Positions 1-9,975 of a DNA stretch of 64,000 bases are shown here, in pieces (within the stretch, counting starts at the first letter, position 1; every line of letters begins with the position of its first letter). Made by a program: the position numbers and the translations under genes. The notes beneath the pieces were generated by a model. That model saw only the letters and a program-made list of their open reading frames with translations, was not told the DNA's origin and made no database searches. The stretch covers positions 34,263,248 through 34,327,247 of the forward strand of contig NC_092393.1 of assembly GCF_030028105.1 (NCBI RefSeq). The letters are read 5' to 3'. The DNA comes from Mobula birostris (Eukaryota).

Positions 1-1337
1 TTGTGAGGTTGATACAGTATTCATCCCCTTTGTATTTACTATGCCATTTGCTCAGGTGTAATATATTAGCTTACCAACTCACCATGTTTGATGATGTAGA
101 AAATTGGAGGATCACTTGTTTTCAATGAATTAATTAGGATACTGCCTCCCTCTGCAAGGTCCAACAGTATGGTAGATTTTCAACAGACCGTACCAAAATG
201 AAGACAAAAGAGCATTCAAGACAAATCAGGGGTGTGAAAATAGAGAAGCACTAATCTGGGGAAAGCTGTCCCTCAGAGCTCAGTGCAATCATGAAAAAGT
301 TGAGGGGGAGGTAATGTGGAACCACTGCCTCACTGTAGAGCCAAGGCCACATTAGTTGCCAGAGAAGAATGGCAGTTGTAAGAGGCTACCATGACTCCAA
401 CAGTCACTCTGAGTGAGCTGAAGTCAGTGGCTGCAAATGATTTTCATAGCTTCACAATCTTAAAGTCTTTGTGCAAAAAAAGTATGGAAGTGTGGTAAGG
501 AAGAAGCCCTGGCTAAAAAGAAAAAGCATATCCTTGCCCATAGAGACTTTGCAAAACGTCACTTAGAAGATATTGAAAAGATGCGGAGGAAGGTCTTGTG
601 GTCAGATGAAACTAAAGTAAAACTTTTTGGCCTCAGCACAAAGCGGTACGTGTGGCGTAAATCCTATACAGCCAGGTAAAACCATCCCTACTGTAAAGTA
701 TAGGGATGCTTTTCACCACCAGGGACTGGAAATCCGGTCAGGATTGATGGGAATATTAATGCTGCTAAGCACAGCAAGATCCTGGATAAAAACCAGCTAG
801 CCACTGCCAGAAAGCTTAAAATAGGGAGGAAGTTCATCTTTCAGCAGGACAACCCAAAGCGCACAGCCAGAACAACTACAGAATGGCTTCAAATGAAGAA
901 AATTGATGTCCCTGAGTAGTCCAGTCAGAGACCTACCCTTGAACCACTTGAACATCTCTGGCAAGATCTCAAGATTGCTGTCCACTATTACTCCCTAACT
1001 AACGAAAAACAGCTTGAGCAATTTCGCGAGGAGGAATGGGCAAAGTCTGCTCTGTCACACTGTGCAAAGCTATAGTACTTACCTGAAAATACTACTGGCT
1101 ATAATAGCTGCAAAAGGTGGTTCAACTAAGTACTGAGCAAATGGGCAACTGCTAACACGTCAGTTTTTGAATTTTTAGCTTTTTCTGCTTTACAATTTTT
1201 CCTGCTTTTTGAGCCCTATGAAAAAGAAGCACGTGATTCATAAATAAAAATTCCCAGTAAAACTGATTAAAATCCCTGGTTGTAATACTCATTTTTGTGA
1301 ACAAAGTGTTGGGTCTGAACACTTTCACAAGGCACGG
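1..1337 (+). mobile_element. Degenerate Tc1-like DNA transposon in MFSD11 intron 1 (5' end outside window)
   Basis: Disrupted transposase motifs WSDETKVKLFG (~599-630), FQQDN (~839-853) and a PSQ(S)PDLNP-like motif (~920-945); ends ...AAGGCACGG|TA. Confidence 0.85.
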
Positions 1338-1537
1338 TACACTCTATTTTCTGAACAATTAAGTACTGACTTTTCACTGGATATAAATAGTTTGGGGATG
1401 TACATTAAGGGAGCGGATATAGTGTACAAACAGAAGTTACAGCAAAGGTCCTTATCATCAATATAAAATCCTTACAAACTTAATTACTACTTAATGATAA
1501 ATATACCTAGATTCAAGTCAAAGCCGAAAACACTCAC

Positions 1538-1633
1538 CTCAATATTACCGCAAGTTTGAAACGCAGTGAAAACGAACATAAAAGCAAATCCCAAAATTAT
1601 AACATTCGTTAATTTCCATCCTTCTGGCGTCAT
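1538..1633 (-). CDS. MFSD11: MFSD11 (UNC93-like MFS protein) coding exon 1; remaining exons lie left of the window
   Basis: ATG at 1633; 96 nt = MTPEGWKLTNVIILGFAFMFVFTAFQTCGNIE, then donor GTGAGT; resembles human MSPESKKLFNIIILGVAFMFMFTAFQTCGN; head-to-head with SRSF2 as in human. Confidence 0.93.
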
Positions 1634-1642
1634 GACTAAAGA

Positions 1643-2048
1643 CACTGGTTAGATTTTATGTCTTTCCACACTGTGAAATAAATTAAACCTCACTCAACTG
1701 CAGACCTGCTCTAAAAGTGAATTACCCTCCCCAGAAACCAAGATCAGCAGGTGACCGGAAGCGTCGTGCGCATGCGCACGCACCCAGGTCTCGTGCTGTT
1801 TGTTTCTCCTCAGATGTAACGCTGTGTTAATAGTCCGTATTTAAGCATCACTGGTTAGATTTTAATGTCTTTACACGCTGTGAAGTAAATTAAATCTCAC
1901 TCAAACGCCAATCTGCTCTAAAAGTGATTTACCTTCCCCAGAGACGAAGATCAGCGGATGACCGAGAGCGTCGTGCGCAGGCGCCAGGGTCTCACGCTGT
2001 TTAAGTTTCTACTTAACTGTAAACTGTGTTAATAATTGGTATTTAAAC
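1643..2048. repeat. Tandem duplication, 206-bp period (1643-1848, 1849-~2048)
   Basis: Both copies begin CACTGGTTAGATTTT and share CTGCTCTAAAAGTGA, AAGATCAGC, GCGTCGTGCGCA, CTGTGTTAATA, GTATTTAA. Confidence 0.92.
1755..1778. promoter_or_regulatory. ETS/GABP site and palindromic NRF1 site of the MFSD11/SRSF2 bidirectional promoter
   Basis: CCGGAAG 1755-1761; TGCGCATGCGCA 1767-1778. Confidence 0.7.
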
Positions 2049-2226
2049 AGACGGATAATATAGTGGCATTTTGCAACGTTTTTCTAAGGCTTGTGTTTTT
2101 TTTAAACAAATATACTGTAATATTAAAACTACAAGATCCCGGAGGGTTCATGCTCTAATTATTTATTTCCAATATTTGGAACTGAAAAAAACTTCTAAAA
2201 AGTATCGGGAAAGATTGTTTTAATTG

Positions 2227-2251
2227 ATATATATATATATATATATATATA
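2227..2251. repeat. (AT)n microsatellite
   Basis: Direct reading. Confidence 0.9.
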
Positions 2252-2287
2252 TTTTGGAGGGAGGAGTTATGTTATGGATGAGGATCT

Positions 2288-2313
2288 ACTTCCGGGTTAA
2301 GCGCCACCATCTT
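2288..2313 (+). promoter_or_regulatory. SRSF2 proximal promoter motifs (ETS, YY1-like)
   Basis: ACTTCCGG 2288-2295; CCATCTT 2307-2313; about 100 bp before the ATG. Confidence 0.5.
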
Positions 2314-2414
2314 GTGATTGTGTTGGGTTCGGCCGTCGGTTTGTGTTGGGTTGCTCCGGGCTGTCTTCAACACCTTTAATTTCGCCTCGTCAAATAAAGC
2401 GAATCTCAGTGAGG

Positions 2415-2767
2415 ATGAGTTACGGGAGGATGCCGCCGGATATCGAAGGAATGACTTCGCTGAAGGTGGACAACTTGACGTACCGCACATCCCCCGAGAC
2501 GCTGAAGCGCGTGTTCGAGAAGTACGGTAAAGTGGGCGACGTCTACATCCCCCGCGACCGCTTCACGCGTGAGAGCCGCGGCTTCGCCTTCGTCCGCTTC
2601 CACGACAAGCGCGACGCCGAGGATGCCATCGACGCCATGGATGGCGCCGTGTTGGACGGCAGGGAGCTGCGGGTGCAGATGGCCCGCTACGGTCGGCCTG
2701 CCGAGTCGCACCGCAGGGGGGGATCGTCTCGTCGGTACGCGGGCGCTTACGGCAGGAGAAGCCGCAG
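2415..2767 (+). CDS. SRSF2: SRSF2 (SC35) coding exon 1, RRM domain
   Basis: [38 protein letters not shown]...RGFAFVRF...MARYGRP; phase-2 donor CAG|GTTGGT; CpG-rich. Confidence 0.97.
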
Positions 2768-2939
2768 GTTGGTGGGACTCCTCTCCCCTGAGGGTGTGGG
2801 GGGGGGGGGTATTCGCACGGTTTTATGAAGTGAGAATTACCCTGTCTTTATATTTGCAAGGACACGGAGAGTGAAGCTTTCTAGGTAGAAAGTTAGATCG
2901 AGTTCAAACGCGTAATTCCCTCAAAAGGCAAAAGAGTAA

Positions 2940-3095
2940 AATTGGGCTGTTCGGCCCGTCGATTTTTTTCCGGTATTCCATCGTGGCTGATTTAAACCCA
3001 TTCCCCTGCCTTCTCCCAGTAACCTTTGATGCCCTTCATATCAGGAGCCTATCAACATTTACTTGGCCTCCTCAGCCGCCAGAGGCAATGGGTTC
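2940..3095 (-). mobile_element. CR1 LINE 3'-end fragment
   Basis: TTCGGCCC..CCATCGTGGCTGATT..GTAACCTTTGATGCC, the same 3'-terminal motif as the CR1 ends at 11701, 14903, 41807 and 57362. Confidence 0.65.
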
Positions 3096-3606
3096 CATTC
3101 TTAGGGAAATAGCAGTTTCCAGAGTAGGTTGTATGGTCGGCACAACATTGTGGGCTGAAGGACCTGTAAGGTGCTGCAGATTTCCATGTTCACCCCACAG
3201 GTATTTTCAGGATTTTATAAAATAAAGTCAGCAGTACATGCTGAACAAATTTTTATTTCTGGTAGTTCTGAAAAGATAATGTGGAGTTTCTTGAAGCCAG
3301 TACCAAACCTACAGTTTTTTTGAGTGATTGCAGCGGGTTTCTTCTGTGAGATTTGTTTTCCTCTTTTTATTTTAGCTATGCTATCAAATAGACGCCGTAA
3401 TGAGGGAGGCAATGTTTTTATCAGGCGCGTCTCTCGAAACATTGAAATTCAATATTTCATTTTTCATGATAAGCATGTACTCCTCGAGTCTGGCTATAAT
3501 GCTTTTCATGTTGTGGCTGAACTCGTACTATGAGCTATTAAAGTATTGTGTTCTTTAAAAAGTTTTGTTGATGTTTACGTCATCGTAATCAACAATTTAG
3601 TAGAAA

Positions 3607-3733
3607 GATGAAGGGTTTCGGCCCGAAAAGTCGATACTATTCTTTTCCGTAGATGCTGCCTGGCCTGCTGAGTTCCTCTAGCATTTTGTGGGTGTTGCTT
3701 GGATTTTCAGCATCTGCAGATTTTCTCTTGTTT
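3607..3733 (+). mobile_element. Penelope-like terminal repeat fragment with decayed hammerhead motif
   Basis: GATGAAGGGTTTCGGCCCGAAAAGTCGA..AGATGCTGCCTGGCCTGCTGAGTTCCTCTAGCATTTTGTG; same repeat as at 22553 and 34808. Confidence 0.75.
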
Positions 3734-4553
3734 TCCACAACGTTACAAACGGTTTAAGTGTGGGGGGAGGGGCGCCCGGCGGCAACAGCCCTTTGTTGGG
3801 ACGAGAGGGAGGTTAATGTTAATCGGAAAGTATCCATTCAATTTTCATTGAGTTTATTTCCTTAATCCGTTATACAATGTTAGTTGGAAGTTTCATTTTT
3901 AGTGGATTGATGTTTTTATCTTGGTTCACTTTTGTTGATCCTTATGTCTTGAGTGTGGTTGCATGTTTTGTTCATTGAGTTTGATTGTGTGTAAGTGCTT
4001 TATGCATTTTTGATGGAGTAGCGTGCTTCCTGCCATTAGAAGCTCCTGTTAATCTATGCAAACTTTTTTTGTGAAGGTGATAAATTATTTTCTGTGATGT
4101 GTTTCAGTTCATATCCAAGTAATGCACAGACAATGAGGCCGGTGACTAAAAAATTTCAGTGGAAGTGGGGATCTTGTTGATCATGTGCAAAATAAACTTG
4201 TACTTTGTTAGAAGAAGATAATTAATTCTGTTTCGAATGTAACTGTGAATTGTATGTGTGGAGTTTGGATAAAACAAAGTTCATTCTAGTCAGCATCGAC
4301 TTGTTGGGCTGAAGGACTGTATTGTGCTGTATTGCTGTCTGACTCTATTGGTTATGCTGTGGATAGATGTTCTGCCAATACTTGGTTTTGCTTCATGTGC
4401 AGATAAATTATTCAGATGAACAAGTTCATGAAATGAGAGTTTACTTTCTGTAATAGGAAATTAGCAACAGCTTTGTGTATTCATCACTATTTAGTACTTG
4501 ATTTTCCTTCAGTTCTGTGTATTTTCATCACTTAAGATATCCTTTGTTTCTAG

Positions 4554-4836
4554 TCCTAGAAGACGCCGCCGATCTCGTACGAGATCCAGAAGTAAAAGCC
4601 GAAGTAGGTCAAGATCTCGTTACAGCAGGTCCAGATCGCGTTCATTTTCTCGATCTAGATCTCGTTCCAAGTCTAGATCTGTTAAAAGATCAAGGTCAAA
4701 GTCGAAGTCAAGATCAAGGTCCAGGTCACGATCTAGAAGTATATCACGGATGTCTCAAGGGTCAAAGTCAAAATCCAGATCCAAGACACCAATTAATTCA
4801 ACTTCTCCACAGAAAGATGGAATTGAATCTCCGTAA
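4554..4836 (+). CDS. SRSF2: SRSF2 coding exon 2, RS domain and stop (211 aa total)
   Basis: Acceptor TTTCTAG|T; frame joins exon 1 (353+283=636 nt); RS dipeptide repeats; TAA 4834-4836 followed by 3'-UTR intron donor(s). Confidence 0.96.
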
Positions 4837-5882
4837 AGTGGTAAATTGCACCAAAGTGAGTAAGTAGATTTAACTGATGCCATTATTTTACGATCTTTTA
4901 AGCTTTTTATTGAGTAACTTTGGGAAGAATGTAGAGCTATCATCAAGCACATGTAGGTGATTGGCATTGAACTATTGTGTAATAAATGGAGAATATTCTT
5001 GATAAAGTTTTTAACAGTTAGATGCAGTGGAACTTAAGTTATTAAGAAAGATTTTCCATCACTGATATAATTTGCATTCAAAACCATCATCTTTCACTGT
5101 GTCCTCTTCACTTGATAGCAGCTGGTCTTGTTAAACGGAACATCTATTCAGTATGGAAAATTATTAAATAATACTGCTGACTCAAGTACTTTTGTACTTG
5201 ATCACTTATTATTTAGTGACTTCACTTCTGATGGCAGCCTAGAGCAAAAATTGTCATTTTAGAAACTGGAGATACTGGCTGAGAAATTTGCAAGATGCCA
5301 AGACCATCTGAAATCTCCCAACATGATACTGATGGTTGCCCTTTCTTTCAAACTCCCTCTGAATTAATGGAAAAAGAAAAAGGATTTCCCCTGAGATCTT
5401 ACCATGAAGTAAACAATATCTAGAAGCAATTTTAACTTGCATCAACTGTGTTTGGTACTGTATGAGCTAAATGACCAAATAGATGAAATTATAGAACAGT
5501 CATGCTCCCAAGATGCTATCCCTTCTAATTTGGCTCTCACCTTAATTTATCTTTCACATTTGAGCAAAAGCAGCAGAAATAGAACATAGATATTTCTTTC
5601 ATGGAGGTAATGATGTAGATATTGAGAAAACGATGTGGGCCAGAAGTATTGTATCCAGTTATTTATTTATAATTTCTTCCAAGGTATACTTGCAAATGTC
5701 TTGTATCCATTTTATTAAAGAGTGCAACATGTTTAAAGCAGCCTCATTATTCAGTTACGTTTGGTTGCACAGTGATGCAATATATAGTACAACCAGTTTA
5801 AGATAACATTGCATGAATACATTGCTTTGTAGTGGGTTTAACCTTTAATTTTTCGAATCCTGTAAAGTTTCTGTAACAATAG

Positions 5883-5990
5883 CTGCAGAAGGGCTTTAGC
5901 CTTTGGAGGGTTCGTGAGCCCTGTTGCAGTCCAGTTCTGCTCCCAAAATGATTGTTGCGAAGAGCCTTGCTGTCTGAAGTTTAATGGTAG
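5883..5990 (+). other. SRSF2: Candidate SRSF2 3'-UTR alternative (poison) cassette exon, 108 nt
   Basis: AG|CTGC...GGTAG|GTAACA; GC-richer island in an AT-rich intron; position and size resemble the known ~100-nt SC35 cassette exon; polypyrimidine tract weak. Confidence 0.4.
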
Positions 5991-8360
5991 GTAACAGCTG
6001 CTGATAAATATGATTCAGAAAAGAATTCAAAGAGGAAAAGCGTCACAATATTTGCATTGGAAAGCTATTGAACTGAAGTTAAAACAGTATTAATGTTTCA
6101 GCTTAAGAGTAGTTGTTAGAATGTGAACTAGACCTCTGTTACCACTGGATCTCTTCTAATTTAATTTAAACAAAAAAGTCATTAAAGTCATACACTTAAT
6201 GTGCAACATTCATATGAAACAATCATAAATGAATGCTAATATAATGGATGACTTTGCTGAAACATTTGTAGAATAAAATTGTTTTGTGCTCATGATTTCA
6301 CCTATATCTTATTTACCCACTCATTGCTCTGGGCAACTTAGGAACTTTCTACAGTTCAGAGTTTTATGCACCCTGTTAAATTAATCATAATGGTAGAAAT
6401 ACACACCAAATAATAAAAGGTGGTAATGAGGTAAGATCCATTGAGAATATCACTATGCATCATTGAATTCACCTTGATTTACTGTATCTTAACTGGTGTT
6501 TTGCCCCTTTCCCTCTTGCATACCTGTGTCCAGATAGATAAAAGGAAGTACATAATTTGATACTTCTACCTAAGTCTTGAAAACTGTCAACTTTTTGAAA
6601 TGGGCAAAATATCAAAAGATATATATTGCACATTGAGAGTTGTTTCAGACAACTGATGAATCAGCAATCTTAGGATTGCCAGAGGAATTAAATTGATGTC
6701 AAATATCAGATTGGACATGATCTTGAGTGAGAGAACGTACAGGAGTGATAATGTGGTTTATACTTATTTTTGGGAATAATTACTACTGGTGGGGGGGGGA
6801 GACATTGATTTTTGGGACACTGAGCTGGCTGAAGTGATTTGTGACTCTGGTTTTGGTAATTCAGTTTTCAAAAACGCTTCTATTTCATGCTGTTCCAGTT
6901 ATGTAGCACCATGTTCACACTGACAGTTGGGTGACAGAGTCTGAAGCTTCAGACATTGAACAATACAGCACAGGAACAGGCCCTTAAGTTGTGCTGAACT
7001 AATTGAGTGAATCAAATGAATTAAACTAATCCCTTCTGTCTACATGATGTCTATACCTTCATTTCCACCTTGTTAATTTCTTTCCTGACAGACTGCAGCC
7101 TCTGTTTACCCATTGCTCTCCTTATGCCTGATTTTTCTTACATTGACTGTGGTTTCTATTTCACATTTTAAAAACTTAAATTAATCCAGCAGTGAGTATC
7201 TTCAAACTATGACACACACACGATACCAACACTACTCTGAAAGCAGATTGCTTTTGCTTAGCAGTTTAGTGGTTCTATACTTAGGACTTCATGAAATGCT
7301 GTAGCGTACTTGTTCTACATTCTCAACAGTAATTTGCATATTTTAATTTTATCCTTGGCCACTAAACCATAAAGATGATAATCCAATATCTAATCTTTAG
7401 TTAGAGTATATTTATCAATTCCTGTTAGATTCCTCTTTGGAAGTAAAGCTATGGTGAATTTTTGCTGTTACACAGGATTTTAAAAAGTTTCATGTTTTTA
7501 AAGGAAACTTGCAGTTAAGCAAATAGTATACAGGAAGTAGATAACTATCAGATGCTATGGAAACTGAAGTTGCTTTTTGCAGCAGCCTTAAATTTTGTAC
7601 TTGTTTGCAAAACTAGTTTTAGTAAGATGTTAGAATTAACTGCATTTTTCATTTTCACAGCATTCAAAATCCCTTTGGCATACTAATAAAACTTGTTGCC
7701 CTACTCCCTTACCAACTAATGTTTCTCAATTGAATTCAAAACTACCAAAGTACATGGCATAAAATCTTTGGTCCCTGATGTTTAACATTTTAATTTTGTA
7801 ATATTAGTCAAGTCAACAGGGTCAGCAATTTGCTACGTATTTCTAGTTGTCACGAGTATGTGGTTGTGGACTGCTTTCGACAACTGCAGTCTTTGTTTTG
7901 ATACTCCAGTGATGCTAGATCTGGGTTTTGATCAACTGTTAATGAAGTAGCAGTGATTTATGTTCCAAATCAGGAATCTGGTGAGGCTGGGGGATCTTGG
8001 AGGTGATGTTTCAGTGATTTTTGCTGTTATTCTGCGGGGTGGTCGAGGTCATATGGCCGTTGGTACAGTTGAGGTAAGCTTGGTGAGTTGTACTACATAT
8101 TGTAGCTTATTTGCACTGCTGGGGCAGTATGCTGGTTGTGGAAGGATGAACATAGAGTGCAATGACAGGTAATGATGAGCTTTGGCAGATGTACCTGCAT
8201 GGTCCAATGGTGAGTATTATGTCAAATTGTTGGTACATTCAAGTCTTGAATTGATCATATAATGTTATGGTAGTTATTGGTAAATGAAATTATTCTAGTT
8301 AGCATTGAAATAAGCACTATTTAAATAATGACTGCCACCTGAGATTTTCTTGCTCTAAAG

Positions 8361-8440
8361 TTGGAGTTCCCAACCTTTTTTATGCCATGGACCCCTGCCA
8401 TTAACTGAGGGATCTGTGGACCCCAGGTTGGTAACCCCTG
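8361..8440. mobile_element. 80-bp hAT-type MITE
   Basis: TIRs GGAGTTCCCAACC / GGTTGGTAACCCCTG; 8-bp TSD CTCTAAAG (8353-8360) / CTCCAAAG (8441-8448). Confidence 0.75.
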
Positions 8441-9167
8441 CTCCAAAGTAACTGGGAATCTCAATTTAAATAGACTTTTGAATTGAGTTTGGTTAAAAGC
8501 AATGATGTGATTGAGGATTTCCAAGATAATGCCTTAAACTTGGGTTTTTTGACATTTTACATTAAAATATGCTAAATGAACCATTCGTTTGAAGTATTGC
8601 AGAAATACAGCAAATATTGAAGGTGCTATTCAAATTTCAGACTATATTTGATACACTTAAGCATCAAGAGTAATATGCAGCACTTTCAATGAGAGAACAT
8701 TAACCTGACACATCTCATTTTAAACATTTCCTTAAATTGAAAATGTAATTCCCAAGAATTTTTTGGAAAATTGTCTTTAAGTTGCATTATTTTTGGAAAT
8801 AGAATTTTTAGTAGAATTTGATTCACATAAACAAATGCTGTTTTAATGTGTCTGCCATTAAGCTTCCGCAAAAAGTGTGATTTTTGGTACTGTTTACGTT
8901 TTTACCTGTTCTGGGGTACCCATATACAATGTGCAGTAAAAATTGTCAGTTCATAATTGTCAAATTTTCTGTTAGTATTTTTGTTGTTCTTGTACTATGT
9001 AACCTTAAAGTAGAAGGCACCCCACCTTAATTCCAGTTTAATAAATAGTTTTCTTGAAATTGTATTAAAATTATTGAGGTGAGGAGGAAAAATAGGCCTT
9101 TGTCAGTTGTATAACTGTGTTATTTTATAGCTTTATGAGTTTACATTTTAACTTCTCTTTATTCTAG

Positions 9168-9975
9168 ATATTCTGGGTGCCTGGAAGAATTACATGATGC
9201 CTTGCAAGAAATACCATCTCTTGCCATCTGTATAGGTGATGGAGAGACCTTCTTAAATAAGCTGTGATGCGTTTAAAAGGTCATTATAACATAATTGTTT
9301 ATAACATGTTTTGTCAGTTTTAAGTTATGAATTAAAATTAGTGTCTGAGAAGGCTTTTATATGTTATGTGCCATCTGTGTTGCTATTACTTCTTACAATT
9401 TAGTGAAATGCTCGACTTCAGATGCATTTTGGTTGGATACGTACATAAGGTAAAAAGCATGGAATGTATTTCCAGGTTTTGTAATGTTTCTTCCTGTACA
9501 CAAGTAATTATCTTTTAAATTTCAATTTGCATATGTCTTTTTTTCCATCCTTTTTTTATTTCAGTCCAATACTAATCTTATTGTCTCATGTATTTTTGTG
9601 CACTAGGCGCAGTTGTGTAGCAGTTCTGTAAAGCGGGTTAGCTGTAAGGTGGCGTGTTGCAGTGCAGTGCAGAGTGCTTGGCTGTGTCCTGTATTCTCCT
9701 GATTGCTCCTGTAATGATGCCTTGACGTGCAGAAAATATGGCTGTCCACTAAAATGCCTGTCAGCTGCACCTCCAGAGACCTGGCTGCGTGTAAATTATG
9801 GAGCAGGCAGTAAGCACCTTTAGCTACCTTGTTTTTATACTTGGTAATTGGTTTATACTTTTACACATTAAAATGTTTAGAAAGCTGTTAATTTTGAACT
9901 CAATTGTAATTAACAGTTTGCTTGAGTATAAAATCCTGTATTTCAGTAATGTCATTAAAGGTTTTTTCGTCGATG
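9168..9975 (+). other. SRSF2: SRSF2 terminal 3'-UTR exon with retained/alternative intron (~9280-9606)
   Basis: Acceptor TTCTCTTTATTCTAG|9168; donor AAAAG|GTCATT; acceptor TATTTTTGTGCACTAG|GCGCAG; ATTAAA 9954-9959; blocks resemble recalled human SRSF2 3' UTR. Confidence 0.8.
9585..9775 (+). promoter_or_regulatory. SRSF2: Highly conserved SRSF2 autoregulatory 3' splice-site/terminal-exon element
   Basis: ATGTATTTTTGTGCACTAGGCGCAGTTGTGTAGCAG..AAGGTGGCGTGTTGCAGTGCAG..AGTGCTTGGCTG..GATTGCTCCTGT..GATGCCTTG..GTGCAGAAA..ATGGCTGTCCA closely matches recalled human sequence. Confidence 0.85.

Noticed and set aside
2343-2828. 161-aa ORF as a single-exon gene
   Set aside because: Non-ATG start and read-through into intron 1; the real CDS starts at 2415 and splices at 2767
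3607-3636. Functional hammerhead in SRSF2 intron 1
   Set aside because: CU of CUGAUGA and the 5' arm of stem I are missing; GAAAC is changed to GAAAA
4517-4867. 116-aa alternative-frame ORF over SRSF2 exon 2, and upstream acceptor at 4512
   Set aside because: Stop-free shifted frames are expected from AGATCT-type RS repeats; non-ATG start and no independent support
5883-6000. H/ACA snoRNA or pre-miRNA
   Set aside because: No ANANNA hinge after the first hairpin, second hairpin short, stem too short for a canonical pre-miRNA; kept only as a structured exon candidate
7820-8260. Old LINE fragment or hidden exon
   Set aside because: Composition suggests a decayed repeat, but no diagnostic motif could be read
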